From an uncultured virus (IMG/VR IMGVR_UViG_3300042905_002851) (lineage: Duplodnaviria; Heunggongvirae; Uroviricota; Caudoviricetes), in the IMG/VR virus record IMGVR_UViG_3300042905_002851: 64,000 nucleotides of DNA, one strand, 5' to 3'. Positions 21,283-32,097 of the stretch are shown here, piece after piece (position 1 is the stretch's first letter; each line of letters starts with the position of its first letter). Position numbers and translations under genes: made by a program. The notes under the pieces were generated by a model that worked only from the letters and a program-made list of their open reading frames with translations, made no database searches and was not told the DNA's origin.

Positions 21283-22025
21283 TGTCTATAGACGAAACAA
21301 ACATAATTTTAGAAAAAAAAAAGAAAGGTAGAAAACCAACAGTAAATAATTATTTTGATGAAAGAGAAGAGAGCGCAGTTAGACTTTTTTTAATTACAGA
21401 ATCTCAAGAAGAAAGAAATAAAATATATAATGAGTTTTTAAGACATCCTTTAGATAAAATGATATCTTCAATAATAAGAAGGTATAAGTTATATAGAAAA
21501 AATATGACTTTTGAAGAAATACATACAGATACACATTCTTTTTTAATGACAAAAATTGAAAAATTTAAACCATCAAAAGAAAAAAAAGCATATTCTTACT
21601 TTGGAACAATTTGTAAAAATTATCTAATGGGTCAAATTATGAAGGATCAAAAAGAAATGAATCGAAAAATATCATATGAAGATATATCATCTGATTTGTG
21701 TAATCGGCCAGAAATGTCTTATTTGATAGATAATGATGATTTAAAATCTGAACATGTAATTAAAAAATTTTTACAAATACTCAAAGATGATTTAGATAAG
21801 ATAACATCTGACGAACAAGAAAAAAAAATAGGGTCTGCAATTTACGATCTTTTTGAAAATTATGATACGTTTTTTCCGGAAACAAACAATAATAAATTTA
21901 ATAAAAATATTATTTTATTTGAGTTAAGAGAAATGACAAATTTATCAACAAAAGAAATACGAAACTCAATAAAAAAATACAAAAAAATGTATTTTGAGTT
22001 AGTTCAAGAATTACTTAAACATTAA
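21282..22025 (+). CDS. T4 gp55-like late-transcription sigma factor
   Basis: NYF...; KFKPSKEKKAYSYFGTICKNYL resembles the gp55 region-2 motif F.P.K..N.FAYFT.I..N.F. Confidence 0.65.
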   Translation: MSIDETNIILEKKKKGRKPTVNNYFDEREESAVRLFLITESQEERNKIYNEFLRHPLDKMISSIIRRYKLYRKNMTFEEIHTDTHSFLMTKIEKFKPSKEKKAYSYFGTICKNYLMGQIMKDQKEMNRKISYEDISSDLCNRPEMSYLIDNDDLKSEHVIKKFLQILKDDLDKITSDEQEKKIGSAIYDLFENYDTFFPETNNNKFNKNIILFELREMTNLSTKEIRNSIKKYKKMYFELVQELLKH

Positions 22026-22029
22026 TGAT

Positions 22030-22404
22030 ATGGCTAGACCACAAAAAAAAGAAATTAATTTAACTAAGGAATCAATGTTATCTTTGATGCAAGAGATCTA
22101 TAATGAACTTGTGGAACAAAGAAACACTGCAATTAGAATACAAAACAAGATGTTAACAATGATGAAAGAACCAGAAGATATGACTCTTATTGGTCCTGTT
22201 ATTGAAAAACAACAAAAGATTATTAATGATTGTGTTGAGAAAAAACTATCGTTATCAAAACTACAAGCTCAGATTTGGCAAAAATCTCAGGATAAACAAG
22301 AAGATAATTTTACTTTGTCGGATTTGGATCTTGAAGATGAAACTTTTAAAAATTTATTAAAAAAAGATATTGAAAAAGATAATACTTATAAAATGAATAA
22401 ATAA
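22030..22404 (+). CDS. Hypothetical coiled-coil protein
   Basis: Operon-packed ORF. Confidence 0.7.
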   Translation: MARPQKKEINLTKESMLSLMQEIYNELVEQRNTAIRIQNKMLTMMKEPEDMTLIGPVIEKQQKIINDCVEKKLSLSKLQAQIWQKSQDKQEDNFTLSDLDLEDETFKNLLKKDIEKDNTYKMNK

Positions 22405-22411
22405 TTAAAAA

Positions 22412-24340
22412 ATGGCTGTTGATATAAATGCTGAATTAAAAAAATCTACTGAAAAAACAAATGTTTTTAAGATTTATAAGGAATATAAAAAAGATTATGA
22501 CGAATTAAAAAAAAAATCTGGTGACTCACAGGAGTTGGCTAATAAAAAACTAAAAAAACCTCTTGACGATTTTGTTAAATGGAGAAAAAAACATACTTCA
22601 AACGCAAAAACTTTAACAGATGAACTTATAAAACAATTAAAACAAGTTAAAGGTAGTGGGTTAGAAACGGACAAATTAATTAAAAGAGTTTTTTTAAATT
22701 CTTTAAAAAAAATTAAACCAGAAATTAAAATCATACTAATTGAAGAGTTAAAAAAAGTTTTAGCTTGTAGTAATTTACAATCATATCAGTTTAATTTAAC
22801 TTATCATATTCCTGTAAAATCTGTTGATTTGTTTGGTATTTTTGAATCCTCACCCGATGATAGAATTGGTAAATTATTTTATGAACCAAAAAATATATCG
22901 TTTAATACATTTCCATATTCAATGAATAGACAAATGTATGATAGAACTCAAAATTTAAATCAACCTTATACCGCTGTTGCTGGTAGTGATTATTTGGGAA
23001 CGTCACAACAAAATCTTTTTGATATAACATATGTGGAAAGTTATTTAGATATTCCAACGAACCAAACAATACAAGGTAGTTTTTTTAAAGTTGATTTAAA
23101 ACCAAGACAAACATTTCCAACTATTGATGAATTTTTAAATGACTATTACAGTACAATTGATATTTTAGATTATAAAACTTTTTTTGCAAACTTGGTTGAT
23201 TATGTAACTGGAGCTATTTCATTTGGTAGAGGTGACGGTAAACTAAAATTATCATCAATTCAAAAAACTTTAATAATTATGCAAAGAATGTTAGGATTGT
23301 GTTCGGACAATACTAAAGAGATTGAGGTTGGTGGAACATCTAAACTTTCCGAGATTGATAATGTTGATGAATCGTTTTATGAATTTAATGACGTTGATTT
23401 AAGAATTATAGATCAAATAACCTCAGACATAAAATTAGGTGTTATAGAGTTTGAGGAATGTGATAATCTTAAAGTTCCTTTAAATGTTGATGCGGTATTA
23501 AGCGCATTAGACAATCTAAACTTTTTTGAAGATACTTCAGACGTAAATGAAATAAATGACGCTCTTGGTATTATATATCCTGTGGTAGACGAAGATCCTG
23601 CCTTTAAGTTATCATTAGACGATGGGTTTTTTGAGCAATTTATAAAAGCAGTTATGAGCACGGTTTTGTCTCCAAAAGCAATACTTCCAGTAATGATTGG
23701 AGCTGGTATGGTAAACCAACCAATTTGGAAAAGTATAAGTAACATTGAGGATTTTCAAAAATTATTTAAAAATTTTTTTAAAGAGGTTTTAACAAGGATT
23801 TCTGCCATTTTTACCAAAGCAATTTTTAACGAGTTAAAAAAAGAAATTAAAATATTAGTTTCAATAATTTTAGAGGATATTGTAACTGAAAAACAAAAGA
23901 AAAAATATATTATGATACTTTCTATAATTTCAATTTTACCAATTTTAATTAAAATTACTAAAGATTTTAGAGAATGTAAAAGTGTTATAGATGAACTTTT
24001 ACAACTTTTAAATGTTGGTATAACTAAAAAAATAAATTCTATTGCAAACGCCGGAGGTGAAATTCCATTACCTTTATTATTAGCCGCAAAATCTTTAGAC
24101 GGATTCTCTGCAACTAGGTCATTTTTAAACACCGTACAAAACTTACAAGAAATTGGCGTACCAACAGGACCAATGCCTGACGGAAGCCCTAATAAATTCC
24201 TAGCATCAATAAAATCAATGATTGACGGTAACTCTAAAGAAATTGCCGAAAATGGTAAAGTTTCAATTGGTATTGGAGTTTTAACAGTAACTCCGTCAGG
24301 AGTAACAATTCCCAAAGACGCATATGGAAAATTCTTTTAA
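22412..24340 (+). CDS. Large hypothetical protein (probably structural, baseplate region)
   Basis: 642-aa ORF near the gp5-like gene. Confidence 0.6.
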   Translation: MAVDINAELKKSTEKTNVFKIYKEYKKDYDELKKKSGDSQELANKKLKKPLDDFVKWRKKHTSNAKTLTDELIKQLKQVKGSGLETDKLIKRVFLNSLKKIKPEIKIILIEELKKVLACSNLQSYQFNLTYHIPVKSVDLFGIFESSPDDRIGKLFYEPKNISFNTFPYSMNRQMYDRTQNLNQPYTAVAGSDYLGTSQQNLFDITYVESYLDIPTNQTIQGSFFKVDLKPRQTFPTIDEFLNDYYSTIDILDYKTFFANLVDYVTGAISFGRGDGKLKLSSIQKTLIIMQRMLGLCSDNTKEIEVGGTSKLSEIDNVDESFYEFNDVDLRIIDQITSDIKLGVIEFEECDNLKVPLNVDAVLSALDNLNFFEDTSDVNEINDALGIIYPVVDEDPAFKLSLDDGFFEQFIKAVMSTVLSPKAILPVMIGAGMVNQPIWKSISNIEDFQKLFKNFFKEVLTRISAIFTKAIFNELKKEIKILVSIILEDIVTEKQKKKYIMILSIISILPILIKITKDFRECKSVIDELLQLLNVGITKKINSIANAGGEIPLPLLLAAKSLDGFSATRSFLNTVQNLQEIGVPTGPMPDGSPNKFLASIKSMIDGNSKEIAENGKVSIGIGVLTVTPSGVTIPKDAYGKFF

Positions 24341-24560
24341 TCTAAACGAAAAAAAAATAAAATCAGGTGAGATTTTATTAATTATTAAAGAACATAAGGA
24401 AAGATCAAACAAAGATCTTCAAATGGCAATGGATTTTATCCAAGAAGATTTTAATTATACAAAAGAAAACGTAATTAAACTAACACAACATTTAGATAAA
24501 TTAGAAAATACCTATAATTTATTACATAAAGAATACACTGATAGGAACGGTAAAAAATGA
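24324..24560 (+). CDS. Hypothetical protein
   Basis: Overlapping start/stop coupling. Confidence 0.65.
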   Translation: MENSFNLNEKKIKSGEILLIIKEHKERSNKDLQMAMDFIQEDFNYTKENVIKLTQHLDKLENTYNLLHKEYTDRNGKK

Positions 24561-26104
24561 ATTTAGATAAAGTAATATTTCAGGGATACGTATTAAATAA
24601 TCAAGATCCATTGATGTTGGGAAGAATTAGAGGATTGGCGGCAGACGCCGTAGAGTCTCAGTTATTACCCGAAGATTGGACCCCTAGTAAAGAGTGGACT
24701 TCTGAAGATCCATTAATTTATTTACCGTTACTTCCTTATTATATTAGTCAAGTTCCAAAAGTTGATGAATATATACATATATTCTATTACAACAAAAAAC
24801 AACAAGTAGACAATTCAAAATTTTATATTCAAGGGCCAATAACACGACCTCAAAATAATAATTTTGAAGATTGGCATAGTTCAGAGGCCATGTTAGCCAG
24901 TGGTGAATTTTTAAAACAAGCAAACGACATAAAGGACAAAGTAACTTTTGAAAATAAAGGTCAATCATATGGTATATATCCTGAACCAGGAGATAACTCA
25001 CTTTTAGGTAGAGGAACTGCGGATGTAATTGTTAAACAAGATGAGGTCTTAGTTAGGGCGGGAAAAAACATTACAACCCAAACATCAAATTTTAATTTAC
25101 CAACCCCAAGACAAAATAGGTCGTTTCTTCAAATTTCTATGTTTGATTTAGAAAAAAAATATAATGACCCAATTAAAAAAAGAATTTTTGAAAATTTACC
25201 ACAATTGGTTAAAAAATTGGTTGAGTGGGAAATTACCGATCAAATAATTATAACAGGTAATACCGCAGGTGGTGGTGTTACAGGATCTACGTTTTATAAT
25301 GGTAATGTAATGTTATATTCTTTATTACCCAAAGATAAAACAAAAAGCACTGAAATTAATATGACCACCACATTAGATGATTTTAAGAGTAGTCCTGAAT
25401 ATACTTTAGAGTTTACAGGAAAAACATTGGATGAAGGCGTAAAAATAATTAATCAATTTATTTACGGAATTAATAAAGGAAAAATAAATGTTGATGGGTA
25501 TGAACAATACCCGTTTGATTCAAGTTCTAAATTAACTAAACAATTTCCATTTTATTTTAGACCAAACAAAAATAACGTAGATAAATTGGCGTCTTCAGGA
25601 TCGTCAGATTTTAATATGGTTAATAGTTTCTTCAAAAGAATTAAATTATTACCATCTGATAAACAATTTGGTAGTGTTTTAGTTTGGCAAGAAAATGTTG
25701 TTGGAGAACAGTTAACTTTTAAATCCGTATTGTTGGAACAACCAGTCTATACGCCTAAACCTATTTCTTACAGCACATTGGCGGCGGATTTTGTTTACAT
25801 GTTATCTCATAATTCAGACATACCATCTAAATCAAAAATTAACCTACAACCAAAAGAAACTTTATATGGTATTAGTCAGCCATATTTTACAGATGTTATG
25901 TTACCTAACACCGACCCAATGGTTAGAGGGAATGAGTTAATGAAACTATTAACACTAATTGTTAAGTTTTTATCCTCACATGTTCATAATATAAATGAAG
26001 CTCCAATTCCAATAGGGATTGATGGTACGGAGTTGGATCAGATAAACAAAATCCTACAAGATGCCGATAATTCAATTTTAAATCAAAATATTAGAATTAA
26101 TTGA
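24557..26104 (+). CDS. Baseplate hub/spike protein, gp5/VgrG OB-fold-like
   Basis: G.V.NNQDPLMLGRIR...PLLP...PKVDE N-terminus; C-terminal VRGNEL...HVH apex-like motif. Confidence 0.7.
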   Translation: MNLDKVIFQGYVLNNQDPLMLGRIRGLAADAVESQLLPEDWTPSKEWTSEDPLIYLPLLPYYISQVPKVDEYIHIFYYNKKQQVDNSKFYIQGPITRPQNNNFEDWHSSEAMLASGEFLKQANDIKDKVTFENKGQSYGIYPEPGDNSLLGRGTADVIVKQDEVLVRAGKNITTQTSNFNLPTPRQNRSFLQISMFDLEKKYNDPIKKRIFENLPQLVKKLVEWEITDQIIITGNTAGGGVTGSTFYNGNVMLYSLLPKDKTKSTEINMTTTLDDFKSSPEYTLEFTGKTLDEGVKIINQFIYGINKGKINVDGYEQYPFDSSSKLTKQFPFYFRPNKNNVDKLASSGSSDFNMVNSFFKRIKLLPSDKQFGSVLVWQENVVGEQLTFKSVLLEQPVYTPKPISYSTLAADFVYMLSHNSDIPSKSKINLQPKETLYGISQPYFTDVMLPNTDPMVRGNELMKLLTLIVKFLSSHVHNINEAPIPIGIDGTELDQINKILQDADNSILNQNIRIN

Positions 26105-26124
26105 TATTTATAAATAAAAAGTAA

Positions 26125-27591
26125 ATGTCAATCAATAACTCTTATTTTAGTAGAAACAATACTATCGTATTAAATAGTTATGTTAATACTGGTAGAAATC
26201 CTGTTACACAACTTTATTATGGTGATGGTGGTCTCTCAAGTCCAATAGGTTATTCTCGTTTTATTTTTGATTTAGATTTAACACTTCTAAAAGAAAAATC
26301 GGCAACTGGAGTAATATCAACAGGATGCACAAACCAAACCACACACGTATTAAAGATGACAAACACCTCATCGTTTAATGAAGAATTATTAAATACATCT
26401 ATGCCTGACGGTAGTCTTAGGGCAACATCGTTTGATTTAATACTTTTTAGAATACCACCAATAGATTTTGATGATAATCAACCTCAATATTGGGATGAAG
26501 GTGTTGGGTATGATTTTTATGATTATGGGGAACCTTTAGGTCCAAACAGAGATTATTCAGAAAGACCATCAAATTGGTTTCAAAGAACAACAATAAATAA
26601 TTGGCAACAACAAGGAATATATAATAATTTAAATTTAGGTTCGGTTCCTTTTTCATCTATCACAATTTTAGATATACAACATTTTGAGTTTGGTAATGAA
26701 AATATTGAGTTTGACATGACAGATGAAATTAATATGATTCTTAATGGGACAATTACTGGATCCACAGGATGGGGAATCGCATACTTACCTGATGTAGAGA
26801 ATTTAAGGGGAACAACGGGTAGTTATTCGGTTGGGTTTTTTACAAGACACACACAAACATTCTATGAACCATATCTACTCACAACCTACGATGATATAAT
26901 CAATGATGACAGAAATAATTTTAGTTTAGGGAAAGTAAACAAACTTTATTTATATATCTATGAAGATGGTGATTTTAAAAATTTAGACGAAACACCATTA
27001 GTTTCTATTTCTGATTCGGGAGGTATACCAATACAAGGATTGCAGAATTTAACAACTTGTTTAAAAACTAAAGGAGTTTATGAGGTAACAATTCCACCAT
27101 TAACAGGATATAAAACTCCTTGTATGTTTACTGATATTTGGTCAAATTTAAAACTAAATGGTTTTAGTTTACAAAATCAAATAAACGAATTTACTGTTTA
27201 TCCATTTAGAAAATCAATACAAATTGGAACATCAACAAACGATCCATCACAATACGGGTTTTCTTATTATGGAATAAAACAAAATGAAAAGATTTTAAAT
27301 ACCGACATTAGAAAAGTGGGTGTTATAATTAAACAAGCTTATACAACTAATAAACAACTTCCAAATGTCGATGGACAATATAGAGTTTATGTAAAAGAAG
27401 GAACAACAGAAGTAACAGTTCAAGATTGGACGGAGTTAAATAGAACCCCAAATGAATACTACTTTATCTTTGATACGAGAGATAAAATACCTAACCAGTA
27501 TTTTATAGATATTAAAGTGACGACCTCAGGTCAAGTTAATGTTTACAAACAACAAATAAATTTTCAAATCGTAAATGAAAAAGTAGAATAA
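26125..27591 (+). CDS. Putative structural protein
   Basis: NTG.NP, YSRFIFD, WDEG.GYD, SNW, FFTRHT.TFYEPYL motifs; late motif upstream. Confidence 0.55.
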   Translation: MSINNSYFSRNNTIVLNSYVNTGRNPVTQLYYGDGGLSSPIGYSRFIFDLDLTLLKEKSATGVISTGCTNQTTHVLKMTNTSSFNEELLNTSMPDGSLRATSFDLILFRIPPIDFDDNQPQYWDEGVGYDFYDYGEPLGPNRDYSERPSNWFQRTTINNWQQQGIYNNLNLGSVPFSSITILDIQHFEFGNENIEFDMTDEINMILNGTITGSTGWGIAYLPDVENLRGTTGSYSVGFFTRHTQTFYEPYLLTTYDDIINDDRNNFSLGKVNKLYLYIYEDGDFKNLDETPLVSISDSGGIPIQGLQNLTTCLKTKGVYEVTIPPLTGYKTPCMFTDIWSNLKLNGFSLQNQINEFTVYPFRKSIQIGTSTNDPSQYGFSYYGIKQNEKILNTDIRKVGVIIKQAYTTNKQLPNVDGQYRVYVKEGTTEVTVQDWTELNRTPNEYYFIFDTRDKIPNQYFIDIKVTTSGQVNVYKQQINFQIVNEKVE

Positions 27592-27614
27592 ACAGATATT
27601 TATAATAAAAAATT

Positions 27615-28031
27615 ATGGCAACATTATATTATGTGGCTCCTTGTCAAGGAGGTGACCAAATTGAGGTTGATGAGGGATCACTTACCCTAAATCCGGGTGA
27701 GGTAATCTCATTTAGTTCACCAACAAGCGGTGTAATATGTGGGACTGTTGGGTCGTCGGTAAGAGATCCCGCACCTACAAGTTATACCGCGATCGCAGTT
27801 TTTACTGGTTGTGAAGATTGTAATAATAACAATAATATTTTTGATTTTGAATCTCCAAGAAGTGCTTACACAGAACAAATAATATGTGTTCAAGTTTGTG
27901 ATGATATGAGCGGATCAACCGTTGTGGTAGCTGTTAATCCCCCTCATCCAGTTTGGACGGATAATTATGGAACTGAAGTGATTCAATTAAATGCGGTTAC
28001 TTTAGGTGGTGTAAATGGGTTAAATAATTAG
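27615..28031 (+). CDS. Small Cys-containing putative virion protein
   Basis: Six Cys; late motif upstream. Confidence 0.6.
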   Translation: MATLYYVAPCQGGDQIEVDEGSLTLNPGEVISFSSPTSGVICGTVGSSVRDPAPTSYTAIAVFTGCEDCNNNNNIFDFESPRSAYTEQIICVQVCDDMSGSTVVVAVNPPHPVWTDNYGTEVIQLNAVTLGGVNGLNN

Positions 28032-28033
28032 AC

Positions 28034-28495
28034 ATGAGAAATTTAAATCAAATTATTAGAAAAGTTATTAGAGAAACACACGAAGAAAAATCTCAAAGAT
28101 ATATGTTCTTTTCAAATTTAGAACAAATGAAAAGACAATGTGAAATATTATTAGATATGGACCAAGACATGGTTGAATCTATTTTAGATAATGGTCACGA
28201 TTGGGCACAAGATCATATTTCAGAAGCAAAAAACAATATGGATCAAGTATTTGATTTTTTAATGAATGAGACGGAAAGAGACGGTATGGAGATGAACATG
28301 GATGATGAAGACATGGTCATGATGGAAGGTCGTAAAAAAACAGGAACACCTCTTTGCGCAAGAGGTAAGGCATCAGCAAAGTCAAAATATGACGTGTATC
28401 CAAGTGCTTATGCAAATGGTCACGCTGTTCAAGTATGTAAAGGAAAAATCAAAGGTCTTGACGGTAAAAAACATTGTTCAGGATCTTATTGTTAA
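28034..28495 (+). CDS. Hypothetical phage protein with YPSAYAN motif
   Basis: N-terminal IIRKVIRE leader; basic Cys-containing C-terminal domain. Confidence 0.7.
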   Translation: MRNLNQIIRKVIRETHEEKSQRYMFFSNLEQMKRQCEILLDMDQDMVESILDNGHDWAQDHISEAKNNMDQVFDFLMNETERDGMEMNMDDEDMVMMEGRKKTGTPLCARGKASAKSKYDVYPSAYANGHAVQVCKGKIKGLDGKKHCSGSYC

Positions 28496-28564
28496 TTTTT
28501 TTTTAAAAATATTTTTTTATTCAAATAATATCTATATATTTGTAGATACAAACAATATATTTAT

Positions 28565-28993
28565 ATGGAAAACAAAATAAAAAGATTTTTTAGTAGATTA
28601 AAACTTAAATTTTATATTTGGTCAAAAAAATCTTCAACTATTATACCAACCTATCAAAATGAAATCATATCGTATGAAAAGACGTGTTTTAAAATATGTC
28701 TTAAAATAATTCAACATAAAAATACGGAATTTATGATAGCCCCAATGTCTGATAAACGTTATCTTAAAAATGACGATATGAAAATTTTCATAACAATGAC
28801 AGACCATAGAGTTGAGATCACTAATCACGTTTATAATTATAATGTTAAACTACATGATAGGGATTGGGAAAGATTAACATATATTTTTGATCTTGAGGCA
28901 GATAAGAGAAGACTTAATTATGAGGTTGACGTTAATTCACAAATCACTAACTCTTTACATAATATCTTAGAACGAGTTTCTAATTTCGATTAA
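28565..28993 (+). CDS. Hypothetical protein
   Basis: ORF preceded by TATATTTG at 28535-28542. Confidence 0.65.
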   Translation: MENKIKRFFSRLKLKFYIWSKKSSTIIPTYQNEIISYEKTCFKICLKIIQHKNTEFMIAPMSDKRYLKNDDMKIFITMTDHRVEITNHVYNYNVKLHDRDWERLTYIFDLEADKRRLNYEVDVNSQITNSLHNILERVSNFD

Positions 28994-29021
28994 AATTTTA
29001 CCAACCAAAAAAATCTATTGA

Positions 29022-29840
29022 TTATTTATTACTAACCATAATAGGTTTTTGTCCTTTACCGGATTGTGTATCATTTTTTTCGGCAGACCTTTTACGTTGA
29101 CAAGCAGATCTTTTTGCTGAATCGCTCATTTTACCAGCAACACCAGCGGCTCTACATTTAGGGTATGAACCTTTAGAGGTATCTTGTCGTCCACAGGGAG
29201 GATGTTTACCGTCAACTTTACTACAAATGTTAACCCAAGGCCCTTTTGGTTGAGAAGATCCCTTAGGTTTATTCTTTTTACCAAACCAAACTGCCAAATC
29301 TTCATTTATAGTTCCTTTGTCAGAAATCTCAATCCATTCATTAAATGGAACTTTTTCTAAAAATTCAACCCTATTTTGATTTAATGGTGGGTAATTTAAA
29401 TCATAATCGTTAATTGATTCTTTAATTTTTTTTGTTATTTGTCTAACAACCCCATCTAAACTTACCGTTGTTTTTTTTGGGTCATAATTTTTTATAGGTT
29501 TGGCATCTGTATTATGAAATGGTAATGAATTAATAATTCCCGCATCCTCAGACCAAGCAAATTTGTCAGGATTATTTTTCATAAATTTAGAAATTTTTTC
29601 AGCCCTTTTTTCTTTTCTTCGTATGGTTTTAGGATCTGTGGACATTTTACCATCTAAACTATCATGATCTAAAGATGCATCATCCCATTGATTTACAAAT
29701 TCAGTAAATGGAGCCATTTGATTTTTATCAAATTCTCTATATCCAGGTAACAATGGTGAAACATATGAACCTCTAGATCCACGACTATCACTAGTCGTCT
29801 CCATTATTACTTTTTTTATAATTTTACTAAGTCTATCCAT
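29022..29840 (-). CDS. Hypothetical phage protein with basic Cys-containing C-terminal domain
   Basis: Start moved to MDRLSKIIKKVIME, after late motif 29854-29861; EDL..WF...GPWV...PCGR...YPKC. Confidence 0.7.
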   Translation of the reverse strand: MDRLSKIIKKVIMETTSDSRGSRGSYVSPLLPGYREFDKNQMAPFTEFVNQWDDASLDHDSLDGKMSTDPKTIRRKEKRAEKISKFMKNNPDKFAWSEDAGIINSLPFHNTDAKPIKNYDPKKTTVSLDGVVRQITKKIKESINDYDLNYPPLNQNRVEFLEKVPFNEWIEISDKGTINEDLAVWFGKKNKPKGSSQPKGPWVNICSKVDGKHPPCGRQDTSKGSYPKCRAAGVAGKMSDSAKRSACQRKRSAEKNDTQSGKGQKPIMVSNK

Positions 29841-29875
29841 TTGATTATATATTATAAATATCTTATATTTTAAAT

Positions 29876-30085
29876 ATGGAAAAAGAAAATACAAATTATG
29901 GTAATTTATTTGGAACCATTGATTTATTAAGTGAAGAACATCTTGAAATAATACTATCAACGATGAATAATGACCACGCTTTATATTACCTTATTGAGGC
30001 GATTAAATCCGCACATTCTAAAGGAGTGTTCACTATTGGTGAATCTGAAGTGATATCAAAATCTATTAGGACTTTAATTAAGTAA
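29876..30085 (+). CDS. Hypothetical protein
   Basis: ORF with TTGATT-N17-TATATT promoter upstream. Confidence 0.65.
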   Translation: MEKENTNYGNLFGTIDLLSEEHLEIILSTMNNDHALYYLIEAIKSAHSKGVFTIGESEVISKSIRTLIK

Positions 30086-30097
30086 TTTATTATACAT

Positions 30098-30125
30098 AAA
30101 AAAAGGGACAATTTCTTGTCCCTTT
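30098..30125. terminator. Terminator between convergent genes (after MCP)
   Basis: AAAGGGACAA-tttc-TTGTCCCTTT hairpin with flanking A-run. Confidence 0.75.
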
Positions 30126-30148
30126 AGTGTTATTTTTTAAGATTTTGA

Positions 30149-32071
30149 TTATCTCAATTCTCTTAAATCGAATGTTCTAACACCATCAACGGTAATTCTT
30201 CCGTAAAAACGGTTGTTAACCATCTTTTTTGCATATCTCGTCATTATTCCTTTGATCGGAGTAAAGTTGAACGGGTTATACATTGTAGGTGTTAATTGTA
30301 GAGGTACGTACGGTGCGTAGATGTAACCTGTGTCTAACAATGACGTTCCTTTGTGTCCTACTAACACTTGGTTAGCTGGGAAGTAAGGGTCACGGTAAAC
30401 TTGGTAACGACCTGATAATGTACCAACTCTTTCAATACCCATGTTATACTGATCTTGATCAGGAGCCGCATTAGATACGTGGAAGTATTCTAAATCGTCA
30501 AAGATAGCTGAAACTTCAGAAGATACAACAATCCAGTTAGCTCCACCTCTTAATGTAGATTTGTGGATTTGTGCTGACAATTGGTTAATTGCTGTAATCA
30601 AAGTTTGGTTCCAGTCTTTTTGAGTATAAGAAGCTTGGTTAGCAATTCTTCTCCATCCGTTGTAATCCCAACGTAGGTTCCAAGCTGCACCTTTACGTAA
30701 GTCACGTAAAATTTCACGGTCAATCTCAGCAGCCACTTGTTCTGACAATAATGCTGTTAATTCAGCTTCAGCGTCAATGTTATGGAATGCTGCAACGTCT
30801 TGTGCCAATTCAGGAGACCATTGTGCTCTTAGTTTTCTTTCTGTAACAGAAACTGTAACTGACTCAAGGTCAAAAGAAACTTCACCAATTTCATCTTCAA
30901 ACTCAAGGTTTGCATATCTTCTATAGAAAGCTATGAAAGAACCGCCTGAAGTACCTGAGTAGATTGTACTACCTGTGTATCCGTCAAGTGATGTTGAATC
31001 ACAATCAGCACATATAGGACAAGAAAGATCTACTTCTAAGTATATACAACCATTTTGAGAACAGATGTCATTATAACTTCCACCATTTCCTGTTGGAGGA
31101 GTTGATGCGTTATTGTAGTTGTTACCATTGTTTCCAAATGCGGTTTGTGTGTTAGTACTTGTTGGAGTAACAATACCTTGACCGTAAATTTGAGTTACTA
31201 CTCTAAATAATAGAGGAACATACTGACCAGCAGCATTTTGTAATACGTTACATGGTGTTGAAGATCCCGAAATAACTGAAGTTCCATAAATTCTTAAATC
31301 AGAAAGAAAAGACTCTGTATCAATTTCACTACCGTCAGGACCAATTAATTTTCCAGTTCCAGCATTTGCAAAACCACAAAGTTTCATAATAACTTTTCTT
31401 GTGTTTCCTGAATAAGCGTCTAATGATGAATCAACTAAGCTACTACCAGCCCATACTTGTACAGCTGTGGTAGCAGTAACTGCGGTCCATTTACCTTTAG
31501 AGTAATCGAACAATCCTGGAGGATCTAAACCAGCTTCATTACCTTCGTAAAATGAATCATAAAGATTTTTTTTGAAAGGGAAGTTAGTTGCACTTGCATC
31601 TCCGTAACCACTGTTTGGTGTTTGAGTACTAGGTGAGTTAGGTGCTCCATAAGGTGCGTAATGCTCACCTCCAGAGTCTTGTACTCCAGTTTGTAAGTTT
31701 CCATTAGCGTCGTATGAAGATCCGTTAGCGTATCCTTGAATTTTAGGCACAAAATAGAATAATTTACCGATAGGTAAGTTCATAGCTTGTACAGATACGA
31801 TGTCGTTAGCCAATAATTTAGAGAATACTCTTCTTACGATTGGAAAAACAACTGTTTCAAAAGCTCCGTTAGATGCTCCGTCTGATGTTGCTTCGTTAAT
31901 TAAGTGAGACGCTTGGTTCTCATATAATTGTGCAACGTTTTCTTTTAGGTGGCCTCTAAGACCTTCAAGGAATCCTAAACGATCCCATTTGTTAATTGTA
32001 TCTTCTTTGATAACTTTAAGGTGTTTTAACCCGATGTTACCAACAAGACCTGATTCTAATAATGCTCCCAT
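30149..32071 (-). CDS. Major capsid protein, T4 gp23-like, with large insertion
   Basis: VRRVF...VSVQAMNLP.G; RKLRAQWSPELAQD...AEAEL...EIDREI; YAPYVPL...F.P..G.MTRYA. Confidence 0.96.
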   Translation of the reverse strand: MGALLESGLVGNIGLKHLKVIKEDTINKWDRLGFLEGLRGHLKENVAQLYENQASHLINEATSDGASNGAFETVVFPIVRRVFSKLLANDIVSVQAMNLPIGKLFYFVPKIQGYANGSSYDANGNLQTGVQDSGGEHYAPYGAPNSPSTQTPNSGYGDASATNFPFKKNLYDSFYEGNEAGLDPPGLFDYSKGKWTAVTATTAVQVWAGSSLVDSSLDAYSGNTRKVIMKLCGFANAGTGKLIGPDGSEIDTESFLSDLRIYGTSVISGSSTPCNVLQNAAGQYVPLLFRVVTQIYGQGIVTPTSTNTQTAFGNNGNNYNNASTPPTGNGGSYNDICSQNGCIYLEVDLSCPICADCDSTSLDGYTGSTIYSGTSGGSFIAFYRRYANLEFEDEIGEVSFDLESVTVSVTERKLRAQWSPELAQDVAAFHNIDAEAELTALLSEQVAAEIDREILRDLRKGAAWNLRWDYNGWRRIANQASYTQKDWNQTLITAINQLSAQIHKSTLRGGANWIVVSSEVSAIFDDLEYFHVSNAAPDQDQYNMGIERVGTLSGRYQVYRDPYFPANQVLVGHKGTSLLDTGYIYAPYVPLQLTPTMYNPFNFTPIKGIMTRYAKKMVNNRFYGRITVDGVRTFDLRELR

Positions 32072-32097
32072 TTTTTTTGGTTTTTTATTTTTTTAGT

